This document shows, in pieces, positions 1-9,616 of a DNA stretch of 32,000 nt. A model generated the notes under the pieces. The model was not told where the DNA came from and made no database searches. It was given only the letters and a program-made list of their open reading frames with translations. The stretch is from Copranaerobaculum intestinale (GTDB taxonomy: Bacteria; Bacillota_I; Bacilli_A; Erysipelotrichales; Erysipelotrichaceae), in NCBI RefSeq assembly GCF_009831105.1, contig NZ_WUUQ01000002.1:600001-632000 (forward strand), in the 5' to 3' direction. The stretch's first letter is position 1, and every line of letters begins with the position of its first letter. Both the position numbers and the translations under genes were made by a program.

Positions 1-1002
1 CTTATCAATTTCCTTGCGCGTCATGGTCGCCTGTCCCGGTACTACGATCGCTTTGATAACGCCTTGGTTGTCCAGACAGTCCTTGAATACTTTAAATTCA
101 CTGTGGGCAAAGATTTCCGAAAGATCCTGTAGCTCCATGCCAAAACGATTATCCGGTTTATCCGAACCATAACGGTTCATCGCATCTTCAAAGCTCAGCC
201 GTAAAAATGGTGTTTCAATATCCAATCCTTTGACTTCCTTCATCACTTTTTTCATCATCGCTTCCATCATAGTCTGGATTTCCACATCATTTAAGAAGCT
301 GGTTTCAATATCCACCTGTGTGAAATCTGTCTGCCGGTCAGCACGCAGATCCTCATCGCGAAAACAGCGGGCAAACTGATAATAGCGTTCAAAACCACTG
401 ATCATCAGCAGCTGTTTAAAGAGCTGCGGAGACTGCGGCAGCGCGTAGAAGCTGCCCGGATGCACCCTTGATGGAACCAGATAATCACGAGCACCCTCAG
501 GCGTTGATTTTCCCAGCATCGGTGTTTCAATTTCAACAAAATCTTGACTGTCCAGAAAATTACGCATAGATCTTGCGATCTGATGGCGCATCATTAGTTT
601 TTTCTGCATGAGCGGACGGCGCAGATCGAGATAACGATATGTTAATCGCGTATCCTCCAGCGCATCTGTTTCATCGGCAATAATCAGCGGAGTCGTTTTT
701 GCGGAATTGATAATTTTCACAGTTTCCACTTTCACTTCAATATCGCCGGTATCCAGCTGCGGATTTTTATCCTTGCGCGCAACCACGGTACCCTGTACTT
801 CCAAAATGTATTCATTTCTCACCGCAGCGATAGTATCAGCGTTGCTTTCATCGAATACCAGCTGTGTAATTCCGGTACGATCACGCAAATCGATAAATAC
901 TAAAGCGCCAAAATTGCGGCGTTTGGCTACCCATCCAATCAAGGTTACCGATTTCCCAACATCACCAATTCTCAATGCTCCGTTTGTATGTGTACGATTC
1001 AT
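1..1002 (-). CDS. aspS: aspartate--tRNA ligase, first 334 codons (gene continues past the left window edge)
   Basis: Absent from the ORF track because it is open at the window edge. The minus-strand ATG at 1002..1000 translates to [53 protein letters not shown], a typical AspRS OB-fold N-terminus. A hand translation around 430-540 gives [46 protein letters not shown]..., the class II core. The gene starts 8 nt after the hisS stop, as in the Bacillus hisS-aspS operon. Confidence 0.92.
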   Translation of the reverse strand, partial: MNRTHTNGALRIGDVGKSVTLIGWVAKRRNFGALVFIDLRDRTGITQLVFDESNADTIAAVRNEYILEVQGTVVARKDKNPQLDTGDIEVKVETVKIINSAKTTPLIIADETDALEDTRLTYRYLDLRRPLMQKKLMMRHQIARSMRNFLDSQDFVEIETPMLGKSTPEGARDYLVPSRVHPGSFYALPQSPQLFKQLLMISGFERYYQFARCFRDEDLRADRQTDFTQVDIETSFLNDVEIQTMMEAMMKKVMKEVKGLDIETPFLRLSFEDAMNRYGSDKPDNRFGMELQDLSEIFAHSEFKVFKDCLDNQGVIKAIVVPGQATMTRKEIDK

Positions 1003-1010
1003 ATACTCAC

Positions 1011-2297
1011 CTATTCTTCCGGACGGCCTTCAAAAATGCCGTCAATGGTCTCAACCATTTTGTCAAATGCAACTGACTGCTGTTCCTTTGTTTCCAGGTT
1101 TTTAATAGTAATTAAACCGTTCGCCAATTCATCCTCACCAATCAAAACCGCAATCCGCGCGCGGCGGCGCATTACCGTTTTAAACTGTGCCTTGAATGAG
1201 CGGCTGCGATAATCCATCTCACTCTTATAGCCATTTGCTCTCAGCTCTGTGACAAGCTGAAGTGCTGTGACAGATGCCGAATCATTCAGACAAACCACAT
1301 AAGCATCTAAATTGTTTTCTTCACCCAATTCGATTCCTTCGCCCTCACAAGCAAGGATCAGCCGTTCCAAACCCATTGCCCAGCCAATACCGGACATCTG
1401 CGGTCCGCCGAAATATTCTACTAAACCATCATAGCGGCCTCCGGCAAAAACCGTCGACTGAGAACCCATTTGTTCATTGACCGACACCACTTCAAAGACC
1501 GTATGGGTATAGTAATCCAAGCCACGCACGAGCCGGTCATCCACTTCATATGGAATAGCAAGGGCATCTAACCCTTCCAAAACCTTCTTAAAGTATGCTT
1601 GAGATTCCTCATTGAGATAATCTGCCATACGTGGCGCTGTTTTCATCACATCCTTATCTGCATCCAGCTTACAGTCCAGAATGCGCAGCGGATTTTGTTC
1701 ATAGCGCCGCTGACAGTCTGCACACATCGCATTGATATCCTTCTTAAAATGTGCTTTCAAAGCAGTGCGATATGCATCGCGGCTCGCATCATCACCAAGC
1801 GTATTAATGAGTACCTTCATATCCTTCAGCCCCAAAGCAGATACAAAGGACCATCCCAGTGCGATTGTTTCCACATCTAATAAAGGATTTTTCGCTCCGA
1901 TAACTTCTACCCCAAACTGGTGAAAGATCCGCTGACGCCCCTTCTGCGGACGCTCATGGCGAAACTGCGGACCGACATAATAAAATTTTGCCGGCAGATC
2001 GACATCTCCATACATCTTATGTTCGACAAAGCTGCGCACCACCCCAGCTGTACCTTCCGGCCGCAAGGTCAAAGAAGTACTGCTGTTAGGCAATGTAAAG
2101 GTATACATTTCCTTATTGACCATATCACTGGAATCATTTCCTCGCTTAAAGACATTGGTATGCTCAAAAATCGGGGTACGAATCTCTTCATAATCGTAAA
2201 CATAACAGAACTGACGGATCATATCCTCCAGTTGATGCCACTTGCTGATATCCTCAGGCATGATATCCTGGGTTCCTCTAGGCATTTGATAACTCAT
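1011..2297 (-). CDS. hisS: histidine--tRNA ligase
   Basis: Track ORF 1011..2303. HisRS signatures are present: [36 protein letters not shown] (motif 2) and [14 protein letters not shown] (motif 3). I place the start at the third codon (ATG 2297) because AAGGAGG lies 7 nt upstream of it. The ATG at 2303 is only 1 nt from the SD. Confidence 0.95.
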   Translation of the reverse strand: MSYQMPRGTQDIMPEDISKWHQLEDMIRQFCYVYDYEEIRTPIFEHTNVFKRGNDSSDMVNKEMYTFTLPNSSTSLTLRPEGTAGVVRSFVEHKMYGDVDLPAKFYYVGPQFRHERPQKGRQRIFHQFGVEVIGAKNPLLDVETIALGWSFVSALGLKDMKVLINTLGDDASRDAYRTALKAHFKKDINAMCADCQRRYEQNPLRILDCKLDADKDVMKTAPRMADYLNEESQAYFKKVLEGLDALAIPYEVDDRLVRGLDYYTHTVFEVVSVNEQMGSQSTVFAGGRYDGLVEYFGGPQMSGIGWAMGLERLILACEGEGIELGEENNLDAYVVCLNDSASVTALQLVTELRANGYKSEMDYRSRSFKAQFKTVMRRRARIAVLIGEDELANGLITIKNLETKEQQSVAFDKMVETIDGIFEGRPEE

Positions 2298-2303
2298 AAA
2301 CAT

Positions 2304-2527
2304 TCCTCCTTATATAAAAAAAGCGCCATGCTAAGGACGCTTGTGTGCGCGGTACCACCTTAGTTCACATACTTTTTATGTGCGGCTTCATCAGATAACG
2401 GCTTTCACCGGCAGTATTTTGAGTACTGCTCCTTCAAAGTGTCCTCTCTGACTGCATATAGAAACTCACACCAGCCGTTTCCTCTCTTAAAAAATTCATC
2501 AGAAATCTCTTTTTCATCGGATATACT
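2304..2527 (-). promoter_or_regulatory. T-box riboswitch leader controlling hisS-aspS
   Basis: On the minus strand the conserved T-box sequence AAGGTGGTACCGCGC is present (GGTGGTACCGCG = 2359..2348). It is followed by an alternative terminator hairpin plus a T7 run (2343..2316), immediately before the hisS SD. Upstream stem I elements are visible: TGATGA (GA/K-turn), AAGAGAGG (AG bay), GGCTGGTGTGAG (distal loop) and GGAGCAG closing. The specifier-loop region reads AGAGAGGACACTTTGAAGGAGCA. Confidence 0.85.
2316..2343 (-). terminator. intrinsic terminator (attenuator) of the T-box leader
   Basis: Minus strand: AAGCGTCCTTAGCATGGCGCTTTTTTT. This is a GC-containing hairpin with one bulge followed by 7 T. 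Its 5' flank overlaps the T-box antiterminator sequence. Confidence 0.8.
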
Positions 2528-2531
2528 TTAT

Positions 2532-2560
2532 AGTTTAAAGAATACCGAAGGAATTGTCAA
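2532..2560 (-). promoter_or_regulatory. sigma-A type promoter for the T-box leader and hisS-aspS
   Basis: Minus strand: TTGACA (2560..2555), a 17-nt spacer, then TAAACT (2537..2532). Confidence 0.5.
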
Positions 2561-2561
2561 T

Positions 2562-2598
2562 AAAAAAACAGTCTTATCGTTTGACAAGGCTGTATTCT
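2562..2598 (-). terminator. intrinsic terminator ending a short orphan unit downstream of rel
   Basis: Minus strand: ACAGCCTT-GTCAAACGAT-AAGACTG followed by 7 T. The stem pairs 7 of 8 positions. It lies directly upstream of the hisS promoter -35. Confidence 0.6.
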
Positions 2599-2710
2599 TT
2601 TCATCCAACTGACGAAAAATAGTTTTTCATAAGTGTCACCCTGTCTATCATACCATGACCCAATCCTCAATCACTATAATCGAATTGCCTCCTGATTTTT
2701 GAAAGTTTTC

Positions 2711-2738
2711 CAAAAGAAAAGAGGGTTACCCCTCTTTA
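2711..2738 (-). terminator. intrinsic terminator of rel, overlapping its stop codon
   Basis: Perfect 8-bp stem AAAGAGGG/CCCTCTTT (2718-2725 / 2730-2737) with a 4-nt loop. On the minus strand it is followed by TCTTTTG. Confidence 0.6.
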
Positions 2739-4937
2739 CAAAATCACTCGATCAACACTTTTGACACTTTCTACCTTGCGCAGATTGGCGATCAACGTCC
2801 GCAGATGCTCCGCATCCTTTACCGTAACCGTCATTTTTGTTGTTGCGAAAATACGATCCTCATCAACCTTAGAATCCACATGATTCAAGCCGGCTTTGCA
2901 TTGGGAAACGATTGTGACGATATCACTCAGCAGGAAGTTGCGGTCGCTGGAGTGTACCAGCAATTGTACTTCGTAATTCTTTTCTTCCAGCTCTTCTTCC
3001 CAGCAGACATCAATCAGCCGCTCCTTCGTTTTAGCAATGTTTGGACAGTCCGCGCGATGAACCTTAACACCCTGCCCGGTACTGATATAACCGACTATAT
3101 CATCACCAGGAACCGGTGAACAGCAAGCCGCCAGCGATACCTTGATGGAATCAATGCCGGCTACACGTATACCCGTTTTAGACGGAACTCGTTTACGGCT
3201 TTCCTGACGGTTGAACATTTTAATCAAATTCTCGTTATCGAGACTGGTAAATGTTTTATGCTTTGCCAAACGGTCGATGACCGATTGAGTTGAGATCACT
3301 TTGGTTCCGATCGCATACATAATATCGTTGTAGGTCGCAAAACTCATGGAACCGGCAATGCTTTCAATACGTTTCACATCCATCAGGGAGTGATCCAGAT
3401 TACGCCGTTTCAATTCATCAGCCAGCATATCCTCTCCCTTTCGGACACCGTCGTTTCTTCGCTCCGTTTCCTGTTTCTGAAAAAATGAACGAATCTTGTT
3501 TTTCGCATGAGGTGATTTTACGATTTTCAGCCAATCTTCACTTGGGCCCGGAGACTGCTTATTGGTTCGAATTTCCACTACATCACCGGTTTTCAGCTTG
3601 GTATTCAGCGGTACGATTGCACCGTTAATTGTAGCTCCGACCATGTGATGACCAATTTCCGTATGAATGCGATATGCAAAATCAATTGGGGTTGCCCCAT
3701 TGGGCAATGCAATTACTCGTCCCTTCGGGGACATGACATAAACATTAGCTTCAAAGATATCTTTCTGCAGCAGGTTCATATATTCCATAGCATCATCATT
3801 GACATCATCGCTCATGACACTGAAATCCTTGAACCAGTGCAGCTGTTCTTCAATTTCTTTTTGATGGATTTCCCTGCCGCCGTTCAGGTTTTCTTTATAC
3901 CGCCAATGCGCTGCGATACCCTGTTCGGCGATATCATCCATCTCCTCGGTACGAATTTGTACTTCAAAAATATTGCCGCCATCCGCTACGATGGTCGTAT
4001 GCAGCGATTGATACATATTTACTTTCGGCATCGCGATATAATCCTTAAACCGACCGGGTATCGGACGATAAGTCGCATGAATATAACCGAGAATCTCATA
4101 ACAAGAGGTTTCATTATCCGTTACGATGCGGATTGCCAGCAGATCGAGGATTTCCTCAAAACGCTTCTGCTTGGTAACCATTTTTTTATAAATACTGTAA
4201 AGATGCTTAGAACGTCCAAAAATCCGGAATTTGATATGATTTTCTTCCAGCAGCGATGAAATTTCCCGTATCATCTGCTGCACCTGGGCATCACGTTCAG
4301 TTTTGCGGCGCTCAACAAGCCGCGCGATCTCATAATATTTTTCTCGTTCCAGGTACTGAAAGCAAAGATCTTCCAGCTCATTTTTAATTTCACTGATACC
4401 TAAGCGATGAGCGATCGGCGCATATACTTCCAGCGTTTCCGAAGCGATTTTCTTCTGTTTTTCCTCCGGCATATACTGCAAGGTGCGCATGTTATGAAGG
4501 CGGTCCGCCAGCTTTATCAGAATCACTCGGACATCCTTTGCCATCGCAATAAAGATTTTCCGATGATTGGCCGCCAGATATTCCTTGGCATCCTTGAATT
4601 TCAAGTTTCCGATTTTGGTAACTGCTTCAACCAGCCGATAAACCTCTTCACCAAACATGTCGATGACTTCATCCTTACCGATCTCGCAGTCTTCAATTAC
4701 ATCGTGCAACAATCCCGCTGCGATCGTTTTAGGACCGGTTCGAAGCTGGGATAATATATAACCTACCTGAATGGCATGAATGATGTACGGTTCACCACTG
4801 CGGCGAAACTGTCCGCTGTGATTTTTTTCAGCACAAAGATACGCTCTGGTTATCAGATCGATATTTTCTTCCTTGTGAATATACGATTTTACTTCAACCA
4901 GCAAATCGTCAAATGTCGCTACCTTTGCACTAACCAT
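2736..4937 (-). CDS. relA: bifunctional (p)ppGpp synthetase/hydrolase Rel (RSH long form)
   Basis: 733 aa. It has an HD hydrolase domain (HDVIEDC, LADRLHNMRTL), a RelA/SpoT synthetase domain (GRSKHLYSIYKKM, YQSLHTT), a TGS domain and a C-terminal ACT domain. The SD AGGTGA lies 6 nt before the ATG. Confidence 0.96.
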   Translation of the reverse strand: MVSAKVATFDDLLVEVKSYIHKEENIDLITRAYLCAEKNHSGQFRRSGEPYIIHAIQVGYILSQLRTGPKTIAAGLLHDVIEDCEIGKDEVIDMFGEEVYRLVEAVTKIGNLKFKDAKEYLAANHRKIFIAMAKDVRVILIKLADRLHNMRTLQYMPEEKQKKIASETLEVYAPIAHRLGISEIKNELEDLCFQYLEREKYYEIARLVERRKTERDAQVQQMIREISSLLEENHIKFRIFGRSKHLYSIYKKMVTKQKRFEEILDLLAIRIVTDNETSCYEILGYIHATYRPIPGRFKDYIAMPKVNMYQSLHTTIVADGGNIFEVQIRTEEMDDIAEQGIAAHWRYKENLNGGREIHQKEIEEQLHWFKDFSVMSDDVNDDAMEYMNLLQKDIFEANVYVMSPKGRVIALPNGATPIDFAYRIHTEIGHHMVGATINGAIVPLNTKLKTGDVVEIRTNKQSPGPSEDWLKIVKSPHAKNKIRSFFQKQETERRNDGVRKGEDMLADELKRRNLDHSLMDVKRIESIAGSMSFATYNDIMYAIGTKVISTQSVIDRLAKHKTFTSLDNENLIKMFNRQESRKRVPSKTGIRVAGIDSIKVSLAACCSPVPGDDIVGYISTGQGVKVHRADCPNIAKTKERLIDVCWEEELEEKNYEVQLLVHSSDRNFLLSDIVTIVSQCKAGLNHVDSKVDEDRIFATTKMTVTVKDAEHLRTLIANLRKVESVKSVDRVIL

Positions 4938-4967
4938 CCATCATCACCTGCCTTTCTAAGTTCGTTA

Positions 4968-5480
4968 TCAGTATTTCAATAGTGTCAGCGTTTCAACATC
5001 CTTCAGCATTTCCCGGCCATTCAGATCCTCAAGCTCGATCAAAAACGCACATCCTACCACATCGCCGCCTAATTCACGCACGATATCGATCGTTGCTTTT
5101 ACCGTTCCGCCGGTTGCGAGCAGATCATCGATGATCAGCACCTTCTGTCCTTTTTGTATGCCGTCTTTATGCATATGAAGCTCATTGCTTCCATACTCCA
5201 GATCATATTTGACACTGACGGTTTCACGGGGCAGCTTCCCCGGTTTACGCACCGGAACAAATCCGATTCCCAATTCATAAGCTACCGGACAACCGAAAAT
5301 GAAACCGCGTGATTCAGGTCCGACAATTACATCCGCACCTACCTTTTTCGCAAATTCCGCCAGCTTGCAGCAGGCTTCCTGAAAGGCTTCCCCATTCGCC
5401 ATCAGTGGTGTAATATCACGAAACAAAATTCCTTCCTGAGGAAAATCAGGAATATCAGCAATATAATTCGCTAAATCCAT
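4968..5480 (-). CDS. apt: adenine phosphoribosyltransferase
   Basis: 170 aa with the PRPP-binding motif [13 protein letters not shown]. The SD AAGGAGG is upstream. It follows recJ, as in Bacillus. Confidence 0.95.
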   Translation of the reverse strand: MDLANYIADIPDFPQEGILFRDITPLMANGEAFQEACCKLAEFAKKVGADVIVGPESRGFIFGCPVAYELGIGFVPVRKPGKLPRETVSVKYDLEYGSNELHMHKDGIQKGQKVLIIDDLLATGGTVKATIDIVRELGGDVVGCAFLIELEDLNGREMLKDVETLTLLKY

Positions 5481-5541
5481 AACAAAAAACCTCCTTATAA
5501 TAATTTAATTATATCAAAAAGCATACTTCTTTGCATTATCT

Positions 5542-7143
5542 TTATTGAATATCCTCCGCCATCAAACTGATTTTCTGATTTCCGCGAAAGGCTGAAATAC
5601 TCAGGGTACCGTAGAAAATCAAATCATTCCGTTTTTTCCATAAAGGTATCTGATCGGCACAGTTGAATTTCACTACCTCCAGCTGATCATTCGACCATTT
5701 GATGTGCTTGCCCTCACGCATTGTTTTTTCCTTCATATCCGGTTTCATCCGATACGCGAATAAGGTTGGCGGAAAGCCTTCACCAAAAGGCTTCAGACGC
5801 TGCAGCTCCTGCACTTGGGAAAGTGTCAAATCTCCATCCTGCAGCGGCAGATATGACCGCACTTCTTCATCACTCACTTCCAGCCTGTCCATTTTATGAT
5901 TCACAAATTTCTGCACCTGCTTCAAAGCAGCACGACTGAACCCGAGCCCGGCGGCTTTCGGATGACCGCCGTACGCATCAAACAAAGACTGTCCGTCCTG
6001 AAAAAATTCATTCAAGTTCAAATTACCATAGCTGCGAATACTTCCCCGCAAATACTCAAAGCCGCTTAAGACCATCACTGGCTTTTTGAGCTGACTGGCC
6101 AGTTTGCCGGCTACCAGCCCCGTTAATCCTTCGTGAAAGCTATCATCATGAAGCACCTGAAACAAATACTGATCATCCACCAAATGCATCGCTTTGCGAG
6201 TCATTTCTTCACTTTTAATTTTACGCAGTTCATTCAGATCACCGATCTGCTTACTGCATTTTATTATTTCATCACGATTCTGTGAAAGCAGGTAGCGCAC
6301 TGTCATATTCGCATTGGCCATATCGGCGAGCCGTCCGGTTACATTGAGTTTTGGCACGACCTGAAAAGAAATCTTTGTCTCATCCCATGCTCCCATTTGA
6401 TTTGCCAGTTTTTGGATCGCCATGCCTTTTCCCCGGTTCAGCGCAGCAATCCCCATGCGGACGATCGATCTGGTTTCCCGCCACAACGGCATGACATCAC
6501 CAATCGCAGCAACACAGGCAAGGATCAGCATCTCCTCATCTTCTCCAATCAAGGCCCGCGATAATTCAAACGCTACCCCGGCGCCGCTTAATGTCTCAAA
6601 TGGCTTGCCCATTTTCTGTGGATGAAGAAACAATGAACACTTCGGAAGCTTTCCCTCAACCGTATGATGATCGGTAATGATCAGCTCTAATCCAAGCTCT
6701 GCTGCTTTTTCAGCTGCTTCATACGCTTTTACTCCGTTATCCACTGTAAGCAGCAGTGTATAGCCTTTTTCTTTTGCCATTTCCACGGTATGCGGATGTA
6801 AACCATAGCCCTCCTTGAATCGATTCGGAATATAATAGCCGCAGATAATATTCGCTCTGCTTAAAGCATGATAAGCAATTGCGGTCGCACAGATGCCATC
6901 GGCATCATAATCTCCGCAAATTAATACCTTTTCATTGTTATCGCAGGCTGCCTTCAAGCGGTCAACCACCGCTTTTAATCCGACTGCTTCAAATGGATTG
7001 TGAAGCTTCGGCGGATTTAAAACCTCCTGCAGCTGTTCTTCGTTCAGCTGATGACTTGCCAGAACTCTCGCGCAAAGCCTGCCCATTTGAAAACGGTTTT
7101 GATATTCCTCAATATTTTTATCTTCATATGCCTGATAATTCAT
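5542..7143 (-). CDS. recJ: single-stranded-DNA-specific exonuclease RecJ (short form)
   Basis: Track ORF 5542..7155. DHH-family motifs are present: ICGDYDADGICAT, ITDHH and a DHHA1-type GGHPKAAG. I place the start at ATG 7143 (MNYQAYE...), which is preceded by GAGGGA. The ATG at 7155 has no SD. Confidence 0.88.
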   Translation of the reverse strand: MNYQAYEDKNIEEYQNRFQMGRLCARVLASHQLNEEQLQEVLNPPKLHNPFEAVGLKAVVDRLKAACDNNEKVLICGDYDADGICATAIAYHALSRANIICGYYIPNRFKEGYGLHPHTVEMAKEKGYTLLLTVDNGVKAYEAAEKAAELGLELIITDHHTVEGKLPKCSLFLHPQKMGKPFETLSGAGVAFELSRALIGEDEEMLILACVAAIGDVMPLWRETRSIVRMGIAALNRGKGMAIQKLANQMGAWDETKISFQVVPKLNVTGRLADMANANMTVRYLLSQNRDEIIKCSKQIGDLNELRKIKSEEMTRKAMHLVDDQYLFQVLHDDSFHEGLTGLVAGKLASQLKKPVMVLSGFEYLRGSIRSYGNLNLNEFFQDGQSLFDAYGGHPKAAGLGFSRAALKQVQKFVNHKMDRLEVSDEEVRSYLPLQDGDLTLSQVQELQRLKPFGEGFPPTLFAYRMKPDMKEKTMREGKHIKWSNDQLEVVKFNCADQIPLWKKRNDLIFYGTLSISAFRGNQKISLMAEDIQ

Positions 7144-7214
7144 AATATCCCTCATTCTTTACTGTATAATACTTTATCACAATTTACATTTTCTGAATAT
7201 TCAAATGCGCGGAT

Positions 7215-7238
7215 AAAAGAAAAACTGCCATAGGCAGT
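7215..7238 (-). terminator. intrinsic terminator after the comN-like gene
   Basis: ACTGCC-ATA-GGCAGT hairpin (7224..7238), followed on the minus strand by TTTTCTTTT. Confidence 0.5.
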
Positions 7239-7241
7239 ATC

Positions 7242-7532
7242 TTACTCTTTTACTTTCATGAAATCATAAAAATCTTCCAGTTTCATCGACGATCCGATGA
7301 CTACTGCCTCATGGCTTAAATACGCAACGATCTCCCCGATCGTCAGCTGCAGAATATCATCAATCGCTTCATTGATTGATACCGGTTTTTTTACCTTCCA
7401 GCTGTAACCGCGCAAGGTTGCTTCGACATAGGCTGCATTTAAAGAAGCCAGCTGTTCCCGCTGAAGCTGACAGGTTTTTAATTGAATCGCCAGTTTTACA
7501 TGTTCATTATTGATCAGCTCATCAATACTCAT
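7242..7532 (-). CDS. small post-transcriptional-regulator-like protein (ComN/YrzD family, tentative)
   Basis: Track ORF 7242..7580. I place the start at ATG 7532 (MSIDELINN...) because GAGGAGG lies 5 nt upstream. Size is about 96 aa. The pattern ...W K.KKP....E..DDIL.L...E......EA resembles my recollection of ComN. It sits divergently next to a SpoVB-like flippase, as comN does in B. subtilis. I could not run a homology search. Confidence 0.45.
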   Translation of the reverse strand: MSIDELINNEHVKLAIQLKTCQLQREQLASLNAAYVEATLRGYSWKVKKPVSINEAIDDILQLTIGEIVAYLSHEAVVIGSSMKLEDFYDFMKVKE

Positions 7533-7596
7533 AATATCCTCCTCAGCATCATAAACATTATTATAATCGAAAGCGGACAAAAAGTGGAGTGAAAAT

Positions 7597-8898
7597 GTGA
7601 AAAAAACAATTATAAAATCTACCTTCTATTTAATCTTAATCTCAGTGCTTGCCAAAGCGCTCTCCTTTATGGTACGCATTATTCTAGCCCGGCGGCTGAG
7701 CATGCAGGCCATGAGCTACTATACCCTGACTTCACCGACAATGGTGTTTGTCATCACCCTGGCACAGATGGGAATTCCGGCAGCGCTAAGCAAAGTTATC
7801 GCACAGCGTGACAATGCCGGCAAGCCGTTAAAGTCCGCAATCATTTTATCCATCGTCAACAATTTGATCATCACCGCAGCATTTCTGTTCTTGATTCCCT
7901 GGCTCGCCCATACGGTACTGAAACAGGACTCGGTACAAAGTGTTCTCTATGCGATTCTGCCTTTGATTCCCATGGTCACCCTTTCTGGCCTTTTAAAAGG
8001 TTATCTGCTGGGGATCCAGCGTCATTTAGCCGCAACATCCTCGCAAATCTTTGAAGAGCTGTCACGGATTGTTTTTCTCTTTGTGATTTTCTCGATCCGT
8101 ACTGATTATGATGCGATTTCCATGGCCCGCATCGCGATGCTTTCAGTTACCGTAGGAGAGATTTGTTCCAGTATCTTCATGCTGGCAAATATCCGTATAA
8201 AAAAACGGACGCTGAAAAGAGTACCGCATTTATTTACCAATCTTCATAAAAATCAATTTGATGATCTGTTAATGGTATCTATCCCCATGACCGGCAGCCG
8301 CCTTATCGGCTCATTGACATATTTTATGGAACCGATTCTGATGGTGATTGGACTCAGCGTTATCCAAAACCAATGGATGGTCCAGGCATATGGGCAGCTT
8401 AATGGATATGTGCTGCCGATTATCACAATGCCCTCCTTCATAACAATCACTCTCAGCAATGTTTTACTGCCCTCATTTACGTATCAATATGCGCGAGGAA
8501 ACACTGCTCAAGCAAAAAAACTATTCAACGTCATTATCGGCTGCTGCTTCCTAATCGGCATCACCTGTTCCTTCATCTGTTACAATTACAGTGAAGCGCT
8601 GCTCCAGCTGTTTTATCACAATACCAAGGGTGCGGCCATGTTAAAACAGCTGGCCTGGCCATTTGCCTTGTATTCACTACAGCCGCCGTTAAGCAATATG
8701 CTTCATGCCTTATCCCGTTCTCATCGCGCAATGATGGATACCTTTTTTGGTTCGCTGGTGCGAATCCTATGTGTTGCCCTGTTGACTCGCTACATTCTGA
8801 TTGATTCTCTGCCGCTCGCATTATGTGCGGGCATGCTGGTAACCACGCTCCTGCACTGTATCAATTTAGCAATTTCTTTCCGCAAAAGCTCAATTTGA
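7597..8898 (+). CDS. MOP-superfamily polysaccharide/lipid II flippase-like membrane protein (SpoVB/MurJ-like)
   Basis: 433 aa and polytopic, with about 12 hydrophobic segments. The N-terminus KSTFYLILISVLAKALSFMVRIILARRL is typical of the SpoVB/MurJ family. It has a GTG start with GGAG 7 nt upstream. Confidence 0.7.
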   Translation: MKKTIIKSTFYLILISVLAKALSFMVRIILARRLSMQAMSYYTLTSPTMVFVITLAQMGIPAALSKVIAQRDNAGKPLKSAIILSIVNNLIITAAFLFLIPWLAHTVLKQDSVQSVLYAILPLIPMVTLSGLLKGYLLGIQRHLAATSSQIFEELSRIVFLFVIFSIRTDYDAISMARIAMLSVTVGEICSSIFMLANIRIKKRTLKRVPHLFTNLHKNQFDDLLMVSIPMTGSRLIGSLTYFMEPILMVIGLSVIQNQWMVQAYGQLNGYVLPIITMPSFITITLSNVLLPSFTYQYARGNTAQAKKLFNVIIGCCFLIGITCSFICYNYSEALLQLFYHNTKGAAMLKQLAWPFALYSLQPPLSNMLHALSRSHRAMMDTFFGSLVRILCVALLTRYILIDSLPLALCAGMLVTTLLHCINLAISFRKSSI

Positions 8899-9555
8899 CA
8901 ATAGCTCATTACGGGAATCGGTTTCCTTGCGGATCACAAACATCCCGTCTTTTTGATACAGACATAAAAACACATCCCGATAATCATCGACGCCCTCATT
9001 CGCCAGGACATGTTTAAGCCAGTCCTGGTCTTTATCAATATCTTTAAGCGCCTGTTCATCGATTATTCCATCGCTTACCAGCGGATATGGATGCTTGACC
9101 TTACATTTGTTTTTCGTGAGTACGGATAAATTACCGCTGTTTTCCAAAACCGCAAATGCTACTTCATCTGGTGTACACGCATCCTTATCACGAAGCTGCT
9201 GCATCAAATCATCAATGGTATAGCGCTCTTTACGCATCACATCCTGATTAATATGTCCGTTATGAATGATAATTGATGACTTCCCATCGATCAGATCTCT
9301 AGCCTTTTTACTCTTCAGCTGAATCCACGATATAACAATTTGCAGGATCGCCAGCGTAGCGATCGGGACGATCGATTTCAAAATACTGCCGTTGTTTTCA
9401 ATCGATAATGCCAAAAGCTCAGACATTACCAAATAGATGACAATATCAAAGATACTGAGTTCTCCGACTTCTCGCTTTCCCATGATCCGAAGAGCCAGAA
9501 TAATGATGAAATAACACAGACAGCATTTCCAGATCAAGTTAAAATATTCGCTCAT
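8890..9555 (-). CDS. DUF421 (YetF/YrbG-like) membrane protein
   Basis: Track ORF 8890..9639. I place the start at ATG 9555 (MSEYFNLIW...) because GAAGGAGG lies 6 nt upstream. There are N-terminal TM helices followed by a soluble YetF-type domain (GKREVGELSIFDIV..., LRDKDACTPDEVAFAVLENSGNLSV). Its position matches B. subtilis yrbG. Confidence 0.7.
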   Translation of the reverse strand: MSEYFNLIWKCCLCYFIIILALRIMGKREVGELSIFDIVIYLVMSELLALSIENNGSILKSIVPIATLAILQIVISWIQLKSKKARDLIDGKSSIIIHNGHINQDVMRKERYTIDDLMQQLRDKDACTPDEVAFAVLENSGNLSVLTKNKCKVKHPYPLVSDGIIDEQALKDIDKDQDWLKHVLANEGVDDYRDVFLCLYQKDGMFVIRKETDSRNELLSN

Positions 9556-9616
9556 AATAACCTCCTTCAAGCATAGCACAATCTTTTCAATCATATGATA
9601 AAGCGAGGTGACACAT

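Noticed and set aside
1920-2363. 147-aa plus-strand ORF overlapping hisS and the T-box terminator
   Set aside because: It is antisense to hisS and runs through the T-box leader, so it is a shadow ORF.
3645-4259. 204-aa plus-strand ORF
   Set aside because: It lies entirely antisense to the well-supported rel gene, has no SD and no recognisable motifs. It is a typical shadow ORF.
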